A stretch of DNA of 64,000 nt. Origin: Marsupella aquatica. Its lineage: Eukaryota; Plantae; Marchantiophyta. This document shows, piece by piece, positions 35,626-49,259 of this stretch. The notes under the pieces were generated by a model, which worked only from the letters and a program-made list of their open reading frames with translations, was not told the origin of the DNA and made no database searches. Position numbers and translations under genes: made by a program. Numbering within the stretch: position 1 is the first letter of the stretch; each line of letters begins with the position of its first letter. The DNA is taken from the NCBI GenBank assembly GCA_973895155.1, contig OZ316897.1, positions 15,871,375-15,935,374 on the forward strand. Direction: 5' to 3'.

Positions 35626-38379
35626 AATTCCCCTTATTTTCTTCTTAATTAAAGATATCTACAACACTGCCAAAATGCAACCAAAGCCAAGAGGAAAGAC
35701 CGGATCCTAAAGGCAAGGCAGGAGACCTAATAAAGAAGGGAAAACAAGGATGAAACCCAGGCAGACCAAAAAACTCAAATCCCCAAACCAACAAGTGCAA
35801 ATATGGGTTGTCATATCCAACAACAGATGAGCCAGATAAGCCACCCATAAAGCTTGGTAAAGCTCAAAAGTAAACCACATAGGAGGGTTTGTCAGAAGAA
35901 AACATTTGACTAGAGATAGTAAAAGAAATTGCCTCCCTACAGAGAATACGGAATGGGTGGCCCTATATAATGAAAATAACAAACAAAAATTCCCATTTCA
36001 AATTTAAGCCGCAACAAAAATGTCACACTCTCAATTACAAGTCTTTTGAAGAGCAAGTTACCCATTTCCGAATCTAGATGTGTCTATTATAATCCAATTT
36101 CATGTCCATGAACACTCTCCGGCTGAACCCATAGATAATTTCTCTTGTAACAGAAAATGTAATACCTAGACTAGACCATGGTTGCTTGTGAGTAAGGATG
36201 AGCATGGTGAGTCTGTGTATGATGAGGAACCCTTCGTATGCATAAGCAGGGGTACTCCTGATAACGTAGGAAAAGGCAGCGCTGAAATTGAACATTACCG
36301 ATTTGTTCATAAAGAAAGCATAGAGTCATCGCTCCATAAGTAAAATCCACTATTAGTGTAGTTTTTGGGTACTCCCAAAAAACGAAACACAGGAATTGCA
36401 TCCACCTACTAGTGTAATTTTCTTGGGATAGTCCCAAGAAACAAGAGCACAGGAATTGCAGGATTCGAGCTTATCCATAAGTACAATCCTCTCTAAGAAC
36501 AATTTTCCACTTATAGATATATGCAGCAGTTCCATACTTCCATGGGAAAGTTTTTTCGAATTGGAGATATTCATTAGTACACATTGTAATTATCCATGTT
36601 CCTTTGTAATTGTGAACCCAGTCTGTTGCGATCATTTATGTCACCTTCAACATCATCGTGTCACTGATCTCTCGAGCCATGCTTCTCCAGTCTTTCACAC
36701 ATATTTTGGAAGTGCTTCAGTCAATCTCGAGCCACTCCAGTCTCTCAGACATTTTGGAAGTGCTTCAGTCAATCTTGCTACTCACAAGCATAGCTATCGC
36801 GCCATACATTGCCCTGTGCGACCATTATTAAAATTCCGCATAGTGAGGCCGAGCTGTGGGGCCTCATCGATTCCAGTTCTCTCAAGCAATTTCAACATTT
36901 CGGCCATGCAAATGCAGAGTAGACTACGTAGCAATCGACTGAAGTACTTCCAGTGCAAATTCTACTCTACGTAGAAGCCGCCTTAAAAACGTCTTCAATG
37001 GTTATGGGATTATACACATTATTAGATACAGCGCACACCGAAGTCCATGCCCAGTGGTTACGGGATCGTTGTTGTGTTCGGGGTTGTGTTTGTAGAAGCG
37101 CTGTTCGGCAAACAGAGCTATAGTTTGCCTTCCCACTGTCAAAAAAGCACCGACAGATGACGATCTTGAACTTCCCAGTCAGTAACCTCGTCTGGGAGTC
37201 AATGCGGGATATTGGCGTCCAGATAGCAGTGCCGCCTAAAAAACCGCGCACCCTACAAGTATGGTTCGATGGCATGAATCCACTGCATATGCATTTTCTG
37301 GGTTCCTTGAACAAACCATCTAGCACCCCATGTGTGTAACGTTTCATCAAGAGCCTGACACTTCGATGTTTCGTTGGGCAATTTGCTACAAGAGCATCAC
37401 CAACGAGAGTTCTAAACTTTTAAAGAAAGCATCCGACAGCTCCCTAGATTGATTTCAACGATAATGTCGGTAATGCAGTCGTACATGGCTGGCCTCACAT
37501 TTGCCTCAAGAGTTTATAGCTTAGTGAATGAATGAGAGCACTTTAACACGTCTGGATCTTTACACTTCTTCTATGACGGACTTTCTATTCTCTGCTTATT
37601 TCGGTGAAGATCGCTACAAGTGCAACTCTTTCTGCTAATGTAAACTCATCAGGTCATTGATCCAGCTAAATTGAGGATCAAATGTCCCGAAATCGATTGT
37701 CCAGCAAGAAGTTCTAGATCCATTTCATTTTCACTTTGTTACTAACCATTGATTTCATGGCGGTGGTGCCAGTGGAACAATCCTTTTCCGGGCAGCCACT
37801 CACTGCGCAGTGATTGATCCCCGGATTGATCACCTCGTACGGGTACCATGAAGGGCTGATTGAGGTTCTCTAATCTATATACCCACGTGCAAACTGTCAG
37901 ATGGATGCAGAGCACGGTGGCTGGAGGACTTGGACTTCTGAAGAATTTGGGTGCCTTACGCAACTGGGTTGGACTTGCTTTAAAAAACATGAACGTGGAG
38001 AGGATGAGTCCGGAATCAGAATTTAAGATGTATGCCTTCCTGATTTCTGACTCATCTCTTTTAGTAGCACGTGGAGACGTGAAATTGTTCATAGTTCTGA
38101 AACGTAATTCCTGACGGAGGAGGTCACTTTTCGACAGATTACTCATCAAGAACATATCATTGTCTTCGAGGTCACAATTTCTGGCACAAAATTTTCTTTT
38201 TACCTTGAAAGGTTTCATTGAAATCGATTCATTCAAACAGCTCACAATTCATTTCTGCACACTTCTGGGAGGGGAATATCGCTTCTATAAAAAGTTCGAG
38301 ATCACCATTGCATTGCTGCATTTTTGAAGGACCAACTTTCCTGTATTCGATTCAGGCCGAGAAGTTTGGGACCTGACAG

Positions 38380-39456
38380 ATGGCACGGGTAGGAAAGTTT
38401 GTTAAAGCTTTGTTCATGGGACTGGTCTCAAACAAAAATTTGCGCCATTCGTCTACTTCCAGATGCAAGAATGCGAAAAAGCGGCAGGTTTTCGATGTGG
38501 GTGCATTTTGCCAGGAGATACATAAACCTCCCACAAAGGGGCGAGTTTCCGATGTAGGTTCTTTCAGCCAGGAGGAGTCATACAAACTTCACACAGTAGA
38601 AAAAGAAAAAGACAAAGTCAGTGCCGATATAGGAACAATTGGAACGCTCAAGACAGTCTGTTTAATGCAACTACCCGACGGATCTAGAATTGTTGTTAAG
38701 CGATTGGATACAAGCCAAATCAAATTGGTGGAAGACTGCGCTGGAGAGGCCACACTTCTAAGAAACATTCGCCACAGAAATGTATTAAGTCTATGTGGTT
38801 TCTGGGCTGAAGGGAAAGAGCTTCTGATTGCGTATGAGTATATGGTAAACTCAAGTCTCTACACGCACTTGCACGGATCGTCATCTTCAAGGTCCGTTTT
38901 GAACTGGTCAAGGAGGATCAGCATTGCAATTGGAGCGGCAGAAGGACTCGCCCACCTGCATCATGAAGTCACACGGCAGTTTGTTCACGGGGAGGTCAAA
39001 TCTCAAAATCTTCTACTGGACTCCAAACTTGAAGCCAAATGGACAGACTGTGGGCTCATGAGACTTATGCAGACTGGGTACTTTCTTAGTGGGGGCAGAA
39101 ATGGAGGACTTGGATATCTGCCACCTGAGTATCACATGAGACATGAGCCATCTCAAAGCGGTGATGTCTTTGGCTTCGGGATATTGCTACTGGACCTGAT
39201 CAGTGGCAGGAAACCTTTGGAGAGATGGGTAACGCCTGGGAAGAAGAACTCCATTTGGGCATGGGCAGAGCCGCTGATAGCAGTTGGAAGATACGCTGAG
39301 CTCGTTGATCCCAGGCTGGGAGGCAGCTACACTCGGGATGCATTGAATCTTGTAGTTTATGTCGCCACTATGTGTGCCCAGTCCAGTCCAAGTAACAGGC
39401 TAACTATGATTGAGGCTGTTGAATTGCTCAAATGTGGAAGTGCCTGCATCGAATAA
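38380..39456 (+). CDS. Receptor-like cytoplasmic kinase (Pelle/RLCK, PTI1-like); probable pseudokinase; intronless
   Basis: IVVKRL, IRHRNVLSLCG, YEYMVN.SL, LNWSRRISIAIGAAEGLAHLH, GYLPPEY, DVFGFGILLL. HRD is HGE, DFG is DCG, and the Gly-loop is degenerate. Confidence 0.9.
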   Translation: MARVGKFVKALFMGLVSNKNLRHSSTSRCKNAKKRQVFDVGAFCQEIHKPPTKGRVSDVGSFSQEESYKLHTVEKEKDKVSADIGTIGTLKTVCLMQLPDGSRIVVKRLDTSQIKLVEDCAGEATLLRNIRHRNVLSLCGFWAEGKELLIAYEYMVNSSLYTHLHGSSSSRSVLNWSRRISIAIGAAEGLAHLHHEVTRQFVHGEVKSQNLLLDSKLEAKWTDCGLMRLMQTGYFLSGGRNGGLGYLPPEYHMRHEPSQSGDVFGFGILLLDLISGRKPLERWVTPGKKNSIWAWAEPLIAVGRYAELVDPRLGGSYTRDALNLVVYVATMCAQSSPSNRLTMIEAVELLKCGSACIE

Positions 39457-42400
39457 GCATTTGTGCTGGGCCCATGGATACAGTATACTACATTACTACA
39501 TTATTCTTGCAACGTTTTATCATAATGATCTCCTTGCAACGAAAATGCGGGACAGGGAAGGAACGGGATCTCGTTCTGCTTCCGGGCTTCGAGGTGTCAT
39601 GGCCAAGAGATTACTGGTCGTTGTATGACACCCAAAATAAAACAAGCTCTATTCAGTGGTGTGTTGTCAGGAGATCAAGTGGAGTCTTTATTGTGGTCAA
39701 ACTTCTTCCATGCCACTTCGCAGCATTGGCGGAAATTAACTGTTACGGGACTGGAGAAGCCAGAGGTGGATTCTAAGTTGAAAATTGACTGCGTTGGCAT
39801 GCACCTGAAGTCCTGAACGACTGGATGACAGGTTTTCGCGGATGACAGAGGACTAAATATGTAGGAGTCAGGAAATATTGTTTTTTAGTTTACTGTAACT
39901 AGCCGTCGTCATGGTTTGGCGTTCATGTCTTTTTGGCAGTGTGATACTCGATAATTGTCCTCTAACGCTAGAAATCAGCTTCACGCCACCCTATATTATA
40001 ATCTTGAAAACCCACCCCACCCCACCCACCCCGTCCAGTCTGTTTGCTTAGGTGGTTTTGGTCCCATTCCTTGTTAGTGACACCTTCTGCAACCCCCCTC
40101 AAGAAAAATTCAAAACAATATTGAAAACCCAGCAAATTACTCAGTAGAAAATAAAACCTATACATTGTCTTCCAAAGGTGGATTGAATAAACAGATAACC
40201 AGCTACAGTACCTCACCATTTGTTAGCATTGGAGTGAACAGGTTGGACAGACGTTTTGCCTTCTACTTACTGGGTTTGGTCAACACCCACTTACATGAAG
40301 AGGCTTTCCAAGAAGAGTTAGAAATGCTCTAAACTAAACATGGTAGAAGTGTTGAGTTGTGGCAATGTGATGACTCGAGACAATAGTTGTATCTTATGCA
40401 AACCCTCAAGGGCAAACCAAGTACAAATTATAACTGCCTTTTCTGTCTGCAAGGTTGTGAGATGTTTAAAAAAAATTAGTAAATAAATGAGGAACACCTG
40501 ACCAGAAAACCCAATCCCACTCACCCAGGGTTAGGTTTTAGGGCCTGGAAAGCACTCAAGCCAGTTCTGCTGTTTGATCATGGACAATTTCTCTTAAATA
40601 AATTAAAAATGGCTCTCAAGGGCTTGTTTGCTCCCTGAGTGATGATTCTAGACGAAAAACTCTTAGCTATATTTGTGTGTGGGTTCTGTTGCAGGCTTTG
40701 TGGATTGAGCCGCTAGTCCACTTTTACTTTGGTTTCTTATCCCAAGCCTGGAGTTCAAAGGGTCTCCTCCTAATTTAAGAGTATTCAGTTTATTAAAAAC
40801 TCCATTGAAATCTGTAAAGTTTATCTCCCCAACTCAAGAGAAATACACTTAGTGTACCTCCAAATGAAACGTTTTTTCTTAACGACCAAAAAGTGAATAC
40901 TTCGTCCCAGTGGACTTAAACGTGTCTTTTATTGCCCTAGTACAGTGGTACGTCTTTGTCCCACCTCTGGAGACAGTATGTATGATGATTATAATCATAG
41001 AAATCAGCCACAATACAATTCAAGAAAAGTTCAATGGGTGGGAACAGGAATACGAAGACTATGATTATTGAACGCCAGAAAACTTAGAACTGAAAGATTG
41101 AAGCTAAAATGCCAAGCTCATGAATGCCAAACCTAACAAGTGTCGATGGGATCCCCGTAAATGTATATCAAAATATAACATATTCAGTGTATGACATCCC
41201 AGTAATTGTACATCAAAAGTGTATGACATCCCAGTAATTGTACATCAAAATATAACATATTCAGTGTATGACATCTCTTGATACCATGATAAATCTCGTT
41301 ATATTCTATGAATCAATAAATGCACACCATATATTACCATATTTTGATGTGTGATTGCCAGCAAGGGTGTCGATGGCCACACCATCCTGAAATATCATTT
41401 GAAAGGCTACGGGACAATCCTGCACGGTGGTGCGGGCCTTGACCAAACACCAGGGACCAACTTGCAAAAAACCGCTTTAGGTTTGGAACTTTTCCAATTA
41501 CTTAGTTATGTCTACCACGACCCTTGCAAAGGTTCAAGCGTGGTTCTCCTGGTGGTTCTCCGCCTACAAGGACTTAATTAGTAAGATGACTCTAAATTAT
41601 AGCCGTCAAACAAAGAAGATGGCCAGGCATCTGCTAATATGAAGTTCACAATTGATTGCCAAAATCCGTGTTAAGATATAACCCCTCAAAGAACCTCACA
41701 CATTTTGGCTCAAGATTGTTCTATTCAGGACCTTGCAATTATTTTCTCCTTACCTAACACATAGTAGCTCAAGCATTTTCACTTTAGCGTTTGCAATGGA
41801 CATCGGGTTTGCAAAGGATGAACAATGACCATTTGTGCCCCCAAGTTCTCGTAAAGGCCCTCCAATGGTTGATCCCTCTATGCAGGCTTCTGGCCGGTAA
41901 TCATTAAAAGAGCTCCAGTAGGAGTGGTCTGATCCATGCTTATAAGTCCCATGTACAATGAGGATTACACTATTGGCAGAGTGCCTCCACGCACACTGTG
42001 GCTGAACTATACTAGCTCATAAAAAAAGCTTGTGCATAGGGAGTCTAATAGCTGCAGACAATGGCTTTTGGCCATAATAATGACCGTCTTTTTACACTAG
42101 CCTCTACCCGGGCTTGGCATAGGATCAATCTTTGTGGAGAAATATTATGGACTGTGAACTTGGCGATCCATAAGTTTCTTGTCTGTAAGCTAGTTACTAA
42201 GTTAATTAAGGTCCATCAAATTCAAAGTTTTCAGACGCCCTAATGGGAACACTGCAAGGCCAGGATATACTATATATTGTAGTGCCTTCTCTTATTTTTT
42301 GTAGTCTTTTCTAGGAGGTATATGTGATGGACCCCCATGAAAGTTTTGTTATAGTTTAGAAACCCCCTTTTGTTATAGTGTAGACTTCTTCCGTTTTGTA

Positions 42401-43016
42401 AGCTCATGCAATTAGAGTAACTCTAAAAAAACTTTCATGGGGGTCCATGAAGTAAACTTTTTCAAGCTCAGCCAAGGATCCATCTAGCATACATGCTGTT
42501 TTCTTTCAGTGTAAATTTTGGGAGTTGTCCATTTTAGCCAGGGTAAGTGGACAATGTCACCTTCTGTGAAGGAGAAGATACTAATTTTTTCCAGTTCCTT
42601 ATCCATTTTTTCTAGATTACTTTTTGACAGTCAGATTTCCCTAGAATTAGATTTCCTTAGAATTAAGGATAACAGTTTTGAATCTGGGTATTGGGGTCCG
42701 TGGCTATGTTGAAACTGGCCAATGCAAAGAAAAATCTACAAAATGTACATTGTTCACTGCAATTAGAGTTATGCAAGAATTGGTGATACTACCACTATTG
42801 TTGTCGTGACATATAGTATCGTAGCCATAGTGTATCGAAAACATACAAGTCACCAGCAATGCATATGTGCAAGTTGCTAGCAACCAACATGCATAGAAAA
42901 AGTCCAATCACATTCACAAGTGCCAAGAAAAAACAACTGAGGTGGTATGTACGTAGTGGAAGTGTAAACCTCTGTATCCCCCCCAGACCACAGCCAAAAG
43001 GGGGGCTGAAGAAAAA

Positions 43017-44450
43017 TCAGGTAGCACAGGAAGGGCAAAACCATAACCCTTCTGGTACCTGGGTAAGTTCAGGCTGAAGGCAGAAAAGATGGTACCCTCC
43101 ATTGCAATTATCACACAGCAGCATCTGGTCAACATCGTCAATTCGCAAACACACTTTGCAAGGGTAGTCCACAGGTGGAATCCAGGTAGAAGTCACAATG
43201 GTGGGATCCAGGTTAGGCAGATGACAAGGGGCACAATTCTTGGCATTGTCAGCAATTGTGCGCCCATCTGCCTCTTGTAACTCTAGCACTCCAGACGGTC
43301 GAATTGCTTTAACCCTGAGAATCGTACAACTGGTAGAGGTGTCCAGGGTGTCGTTAGCTTGCCGCTGCAAGTACACAAAATCTCCCACATCAAACTTCCT
43401 CACCTTGGGCTGAAAAGTGCCCCCTCGTGTGTGTGCATAACGCAGTGTGTCCCTGTGCTGTGCAATGGCCAAATTCTCCATGGCCATGGGCATAACTCTC
43501 CTGAATAGGGCAGCCCTCGCAGAGATCACATCAGACCAAGTCACAGCTGAATCCAAGTCCACCACCTGAAGCATGTGAGCAACAATAGCAGAAGGTGGAA
43601 TTGGGTGACGACCAAACAACAAGAAGTAGGGAGAAAAGTTAGACAGTGATGTATGTCTGGACATCCTATACCCCATGGCAATGTAGGGTAAGGCCAGGTC
43701 CCAATCCTCCTTGTTTTTGGTGAGGCAGATCTTCCGGAGATCCTTCTTGCATGTCTGAACCATGCGCTCTGCCAAGCCATCTGCCTGTGGGTGATCTCGT
43801 GATGTCTGACGATGATCAATGAGGGCCTGATCAAGCAGCTCCTGGAACTCTCCTCTAAACTCTGAGCCCTGGTCAATGAGACATTCTGCACAAGCTCCAA
43901 AGCGGCTGAGAACTTGTTACAGGAATGCCTGGCTGGTGCTACGGGAGGTCTTATCTGGCAATGCCACAAGTTCTATCCACTTGGAGAAATGCTCTATCAT
44001 GATCATGATGTAGAGATTACCCCGAGATGTGAGGGGTAATTCTCCAGCCAAATCACATGACCAGTGATAAAACATGCCCTGAATAGGGAGTGGATGAAGT
44101 GTGGGTTGCCAAGATGTGAAAGAAGTCCTCACCCTATCACACTGTTCACACCGGGCAATAACATCTCGAACCTGGCCATGCATGCCTCTCCAATGATAAT
44201 GAGGGACCAAGAGGTTATAAGTCCTCTTAACGCCAAAATGACCAAGCTCAGAATGTACCTTATGGATAAGGCCAACCCTCTCATGAATGGGTGGAACCAC
44301 CACTTCCCTGTCTGGCAAGCAGCGCATGAGATGATCTCCCTTCCACAAGTAACGCTTGGACCTTTGCTGAATTTGGTCTCTTTGGGCAGCAGTAACATGT
44401 ATGGGGTACTCCCCATGCTGCAAAAATCTCAGAGTGTCGTTGTCCTCCAT
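43017..44450 (-). pseudogene. Integrase with C-terminal PHD finger
   Basis: HSELGH...CEQC zinc-binding motif, DLAGELP, DQGSEF region, AER, SPYFLLFGR, and PHD CKVC...LLCDNCNGGYHLFCL...WFCPSC. Confidence 0.92.
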
Positions 44451-44599
44451 ATGTCCACCACAGGTTGGTCAACAACGTAGCATGACAGCAAAGCAAGATA
44501 GGCAGATGCATGAAATGTAGGCAGGATGGAAACCTGGTCGAAATCCTATCGTGCATCTGAGGAATCATCAGAGGCAATCAAAGGGCTGCGGGACATAGT

Positions 44600-46000
44600 G
44601 TCAGCATTTTGATGTGTCACACCAGGCCTATGAATTACCTCAAAATCATACTCCTGGAGTATGAGTGCCCAACAAGCAAGCTTGCCAGTAAGCTTGTCAT
44701 TGGTCATCAACTACTTCAAGGGCTGGTGGTCGGTGTAGAGAACAAACCTGGTCCCATAGAGGTAGGGCCTGTAATGTATGACAGCCCACACAACAGCAAG
44801 GCATTCACCCTCATAAGAAGAATAATGACTCTCTGCCTGATTGTTGCTCCTGGATGCATAGGCAATGACGTACTCTTTACCTTCCTCATCATGCTGGCCC
44901 AGAATGGCACCAATCCCAAGGGCACTCCAACCTGTGTGTAGCACAAAGACCTTGCTGAAATCAGGTCTTCTAAGCACCGGGTATTCTGAGAGCCTCTCCT
45001 TCAAAGTGGCAAATGCTGCCTCAGCATCTGTACTCCATGTCCAAGTCACATTATTTTTCAACAAAGAGTACAATGGATGTGCAATGGTACTGAAATCTTT
45101 GATGTACAAATCCGGTAGTAATTGCACAACCCAATAAAGCTCCTAAGAGTGTGAACATCAATAGGAGTGGGCATTTCCAGGATGGATACCACTTTGGCCC
45201 AGTGAGCCATGGTTCCATTTGGAAGAATGCGGTGCCCAAGGTATACTACTGATCTGACAATAAATTCACACTTCTTGGGGTGTATCTTCAGGTTCACCTT
45301 CTTAAGCCTCATGAATAGCTCCTCAAGGTCAAGTAGATGCTGGTCAAATCCTTTGCTGTGGACCAACACATCATCAATGTAGCATTTTAGAAACTCAGCA
45401 CCTTGAAGAACCTGGTCCATGACTCTTTGAAAGAATATGGGCACATTCTTCAAGCCAAATGGCATCACCAACCACTCCCATAGTTGGTTACTACCATGGA
45501 AAGCTATTTTCTTGCGATCCTTTGCAACCAGCAAAATCTGGTTGAAGCCTTGCCTTAGATCCACAAGAGTGAAGATGTCTGAGTCTCCAATGCTGTCAAA
45601 TAGCTCCTCTGGCCGCGGCATGGGGTACCTATCCTGGGGTGTGACCAGGTTCAATGGCCTGTAGTCCCCACACATGCGCTTCTCTGTCCACAATCCACTG
45701 GAATCCTTCTTTGCTGGCATCACTGTAGCTACTGCAAAATCTGATGTAGATGGCTGAATAAGACCAGCTTCATAGAGCTCTTGGCACCTCTCATCCACCA
45801 ACTGCCACTCATGCTTACTCAAATGGTGTCTCCGCCTGAAGATAGGTGTTTCATCAGCCAACTCAATGGAGAACTGCATAGTCTTGCACTTACCCAGGTC
45901 CTTCATAGAGAAAGCAAACACATTCTCATGCTTGAGGAGCAAATTCAGCAGCTGGTCCTTCTGTCTTTTACTCAGGTGGTTGCCCATGATGAATGTGTAG
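44600..46000 (-). pseudogene. Reverse transcriptase and RNase H
   Basis: RMCGDYRPLN, DLRQGFNQI, VMPFGLKN, YIDDVLV, KKCEF, YLGH. RNase H: IGAILGQ, IAYASR, YSSYEGECLAVVWAV, YTDHQPLK. Confidence 0.95.
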
Positions 46001-46339
46001 TTGGCAACACTAGAAATAGGACCTGATGTACTCGTGCTTGAAGAACCAGAAGTGCTAGCCTCTCCACTGTCCAAGCTGCTAGCATGCTGCTGATAAGGTG
46101 ATGAGGCTTCTCCAAGGCCTGTTGTACCTGCTGATTTGGGTTGGTCCACACCATGAAACTCAGAAATAATGTCAGCCACATTACAAGGGACCTCCTCCCC
46201 CCCAACACTTGGACTGAAGCGGTGAGTGTTGAATAGAGGTAAGTGCACCTGGTCTGGATGCCATGTAACAGCACCATAGAGTGGTAGGGCTGGAACTCTG
46301 GATGCTGAATGAATGTACATCTGAAAAAGGATGCAAGTG

Positions 46340-47620
46340 ACCAGAAGCCAAGTGAGAGCATTGAGATCCATTACCTACCAAGTAAAGCATTCCTGACCAA
46401 CCTGGTGATTTTGGTGTGACCTGTAGTACCGGGTTGGAAGCCCATAGCCCGTTCTCTCTCCTCAGGACTAGGTTCATCCCATGTACCGGTAGAATGTCGA
46501 TAAACCAGGCCAGGACCATCACCCTGAAAAGCATCTCAGGGGTCTCACTATATGGGGACCTCCCCATCGCCTGCGACGTTTTTAGGCCTCGGACCCCCTA
46601 AAATGTAAGAAATTTTTTTTATTTTTTAACCCCTATAAAGTTGGAATATTCTTGGAATATTCTAAAAATTGGATTAAAAGGACCCTAATGTTCTTATAAG
46701 TCTCAAAATTGAATTTAAAAGACTCTATTGTTCTTCTACAAAAATTCTTAAGTCTTCCCTTAGAACCAATAAAATGACCCTATCCTTCGTCACACGTGAT
46801 ATGCCATTTTTGTGGAAGTGAAACCCCCGAGAAAAGCATGTGCACTGGAACAGATACAAATGTAGGCCAAGCAGCACGGGGCTGTCCAATGGTATTGGCT
46901 GGATACCAAGGTGTTGGCTGGATACCAAGGTGTTGGCTCTTGCCGTGTAACTGGTTGGCAAGAACTGTCAGGATCCAAAATCTGGTCCACTGTGAGGTTA
47001 GTGTCCCTGGATGTGTGGTGAAGAGCCAACTCCAACAAGGAAGGTGGTGCAAGGTTAGTCCAAAAGTTACAAAGACGATGTGCATAAGAACCACAGTGCA
47101 CTGCATCAATGAGAAGGGGTGGTCCCAAGTAGTGCTGGACCACACTGAAATCCTCTTTGACCTGTGGATGCTGGTCAAACTGAGATGGAGTATTCTCAAT
47201 GATATAACCAACAGCAGGATAAAGGGATTGAGCCCAGGTGAGAATCTGAACCAATGCTGTGAAAAGGCCAGAACGAGAGTCATGCAATCTAGCACCATGA
47301 CCAGCAGCTGAAAACCCTTGGCATTCCCAACCAGCTATGATCAAATCAAGGGAACCAAGAAGGGTTAAGTGTCGGTGCTGGACAAGCTGGATATCTAGAA
47401 GGAAGAAAGAAAATGCAAACTTCCATGCATTGTGTAGAAACTGCTGGGAAAATTGTTCTGAAAATTCCAGCAGACGGAATTCAGCCACTTGCCTTGCACT
47501 TGGATCAATGTCCACGTAGATGTACTGCTTCACCACCATGCCAGACTGTAGGAGAGCTTCCAGGCCTGTAGAAATGCCACCAAAAAGCTCAAGCAATGTA
47601 AGGCCATCCGGAGCAGGAGT
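46340..47620 (-). pseudogene. C5-cytosine DNA methyltransferase domain within pol
   Basis: Motif I LLELFGG, II YVDID, IV DLIIAGWECQGFSAAG, VI IIENT, VIII GSYAHRLCNFWTN. After removing the MITE: IX EPSPEERERAMGF and X RNALLG...MDLNAL. Confidence 0.88.
46535..46831. mobile_element. 297-bp MITE with 8-bp TSD
   Basis: Termini CTCAGGGGTCTCACT ... AGTGAAACCCCCGAG. TSD AAAAGCAT at 46527-46534 and 46832-46839. Confidence 0.9.
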
Positions 47621-47959
47621 CCATGTAACTGGTGCGCTCAAGATTGGGGCTATTGGCTGTCCATTGTGCTGCCCAAGGTCTTCAAACTTGCGCAATGCAG
47701 CCACCAAAGGTCCATGGGCTGCTTGGAGCCGTTGTACCACCTCTGGTTGATGATCCACGTTGCTGGAAAGTGCTGCTATACATGCAGCAGCATGTGCAGC
47801 AGCTACCTCATCGTCATCCTCCTCAATCCAATCCTGCAATGGGTGGTTGACATAGGTAGCTGTGTGCACTGCTTTCAACACAAAGTGGTGAGCCATAGGT
47901 GTATGGGCACCATGCAAATCAAGTGGAATGTAGCCCAAGTGTGAGCCATCAGTATGCCA

Positions 47960-48300
47960 ATCAACTCTGTAGTATGCATGCTCATGCCAGTTGTCAATGG
48001 TAAAACCTGGTAGGAACAAAGCCCCCTGGCCAATGAGCACATCATACGTAGTGGCATTGGTAACCAAACATCTGACTGGGAAATGCAGTTCTTGATCTGT
48101 ACCTCCATTAAAAGTGAGAGTGAGTAAAGTAGAACTCTCACCCAGCACATCCTCCACAGTGCCACTAGCAGTCGAACATGCCACCTGGATTGCTGTAAAT
48201 GATCAGTCAGCAGTCCCATCTTCTTGGCAAACTGAATGCCCAATATCACTGGTTGAGCGCCTGTGTCTAGCATGACCACCTGAGGAGTGTGACCCTCCAA
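47960..48300 (-). pseudogene. Retroviral-type aspartic protease
   Basis: VMLDTGAQPVILG; YDVLIGQ after a frameshift. Confidence 0.85.
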
Positions 48301-49259
48301 CTTGACCGCTGAATTCCTGTTGTCAACAATGGCAATGGTGGTGGAAACTGAAGTCCTGTCGCTAGGCACCACTTTTGGCAGATGATGAGGTACCTTGTGA
48401 AGGGAGTTAGTATCCACGGTCTTTCCACTCAACACCATAGTCAGGAAAGATGAGCAGCATGACCAGAATCTAGTGTAGCTCTGGTCACAAAATCTACAGC
48501 AATACTGTTATCGCTACCACTGGAAATTGGTACTGGGATAGCCAAACCAGTGGAAGCATGTAATGGAGAAGAAGAAGGTCCAGTATGTACATGAGATTGG
48601 ACCTCCAAAACCGGTGTCACAGGGGCTGATGAAGAATGCAGTGAGCCCTCTAGCGCTATGATGACAGCTCTAGCATCCAGCTGTAAATCATGGCAACTGA
48701 AAAGTGGAGTTGTAAGAATCCTTTGTGCCATACCGGAGGTGAAATGCTCAAGCAGCTCAGGAGAAACAACTCCCTGTGAAATGTCAGCAGCACCTGGTGG
48801 TGGAATGGATGTAGCTGCAGCTCCCTCCCTCCTCGCCAACAAGGTGCGCTCTTCAGCAAGTGTGAGTGGTTGAAAGGATTGGGGCATGACAGCCCGAGCT
48901 CCCCTGGCTCTAGTCATAGGACCAACAGCAAGACCATCAGCCTGTACAATGCGGTGTGTGGGAGCAGTATGGGAAGCAGCACTGGCCTGCTGGTAAGCAA
49001 AATAGGAAGGGCAGAATGAATCTGAAAATTCTGCCGTAAGGCCAGGCTGTGTAGTAGAGAACAGCACACACTCACCCATATGAGCATCAAATGGCAAGCC
49101 ATAGAAAGAGCGGGGTAGAGGTGCTGAACTGTCAGTGGTGCTTGAGCCAGGGATGGGTTGCACGTGACCAGCCGGTTGAGAAGGACCAGCAGAGGCAGTT
49201 GACTTGCCTTTGATATTGGCAAGTTGGGCACGTAAGGACTCAACCTCATGAGTCAGAGA

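Noticed and set aside
36456-38245. 127-172 aa ORFs upstream of the kinase
   Set aside because: No recognisable domains or coding-like composition.
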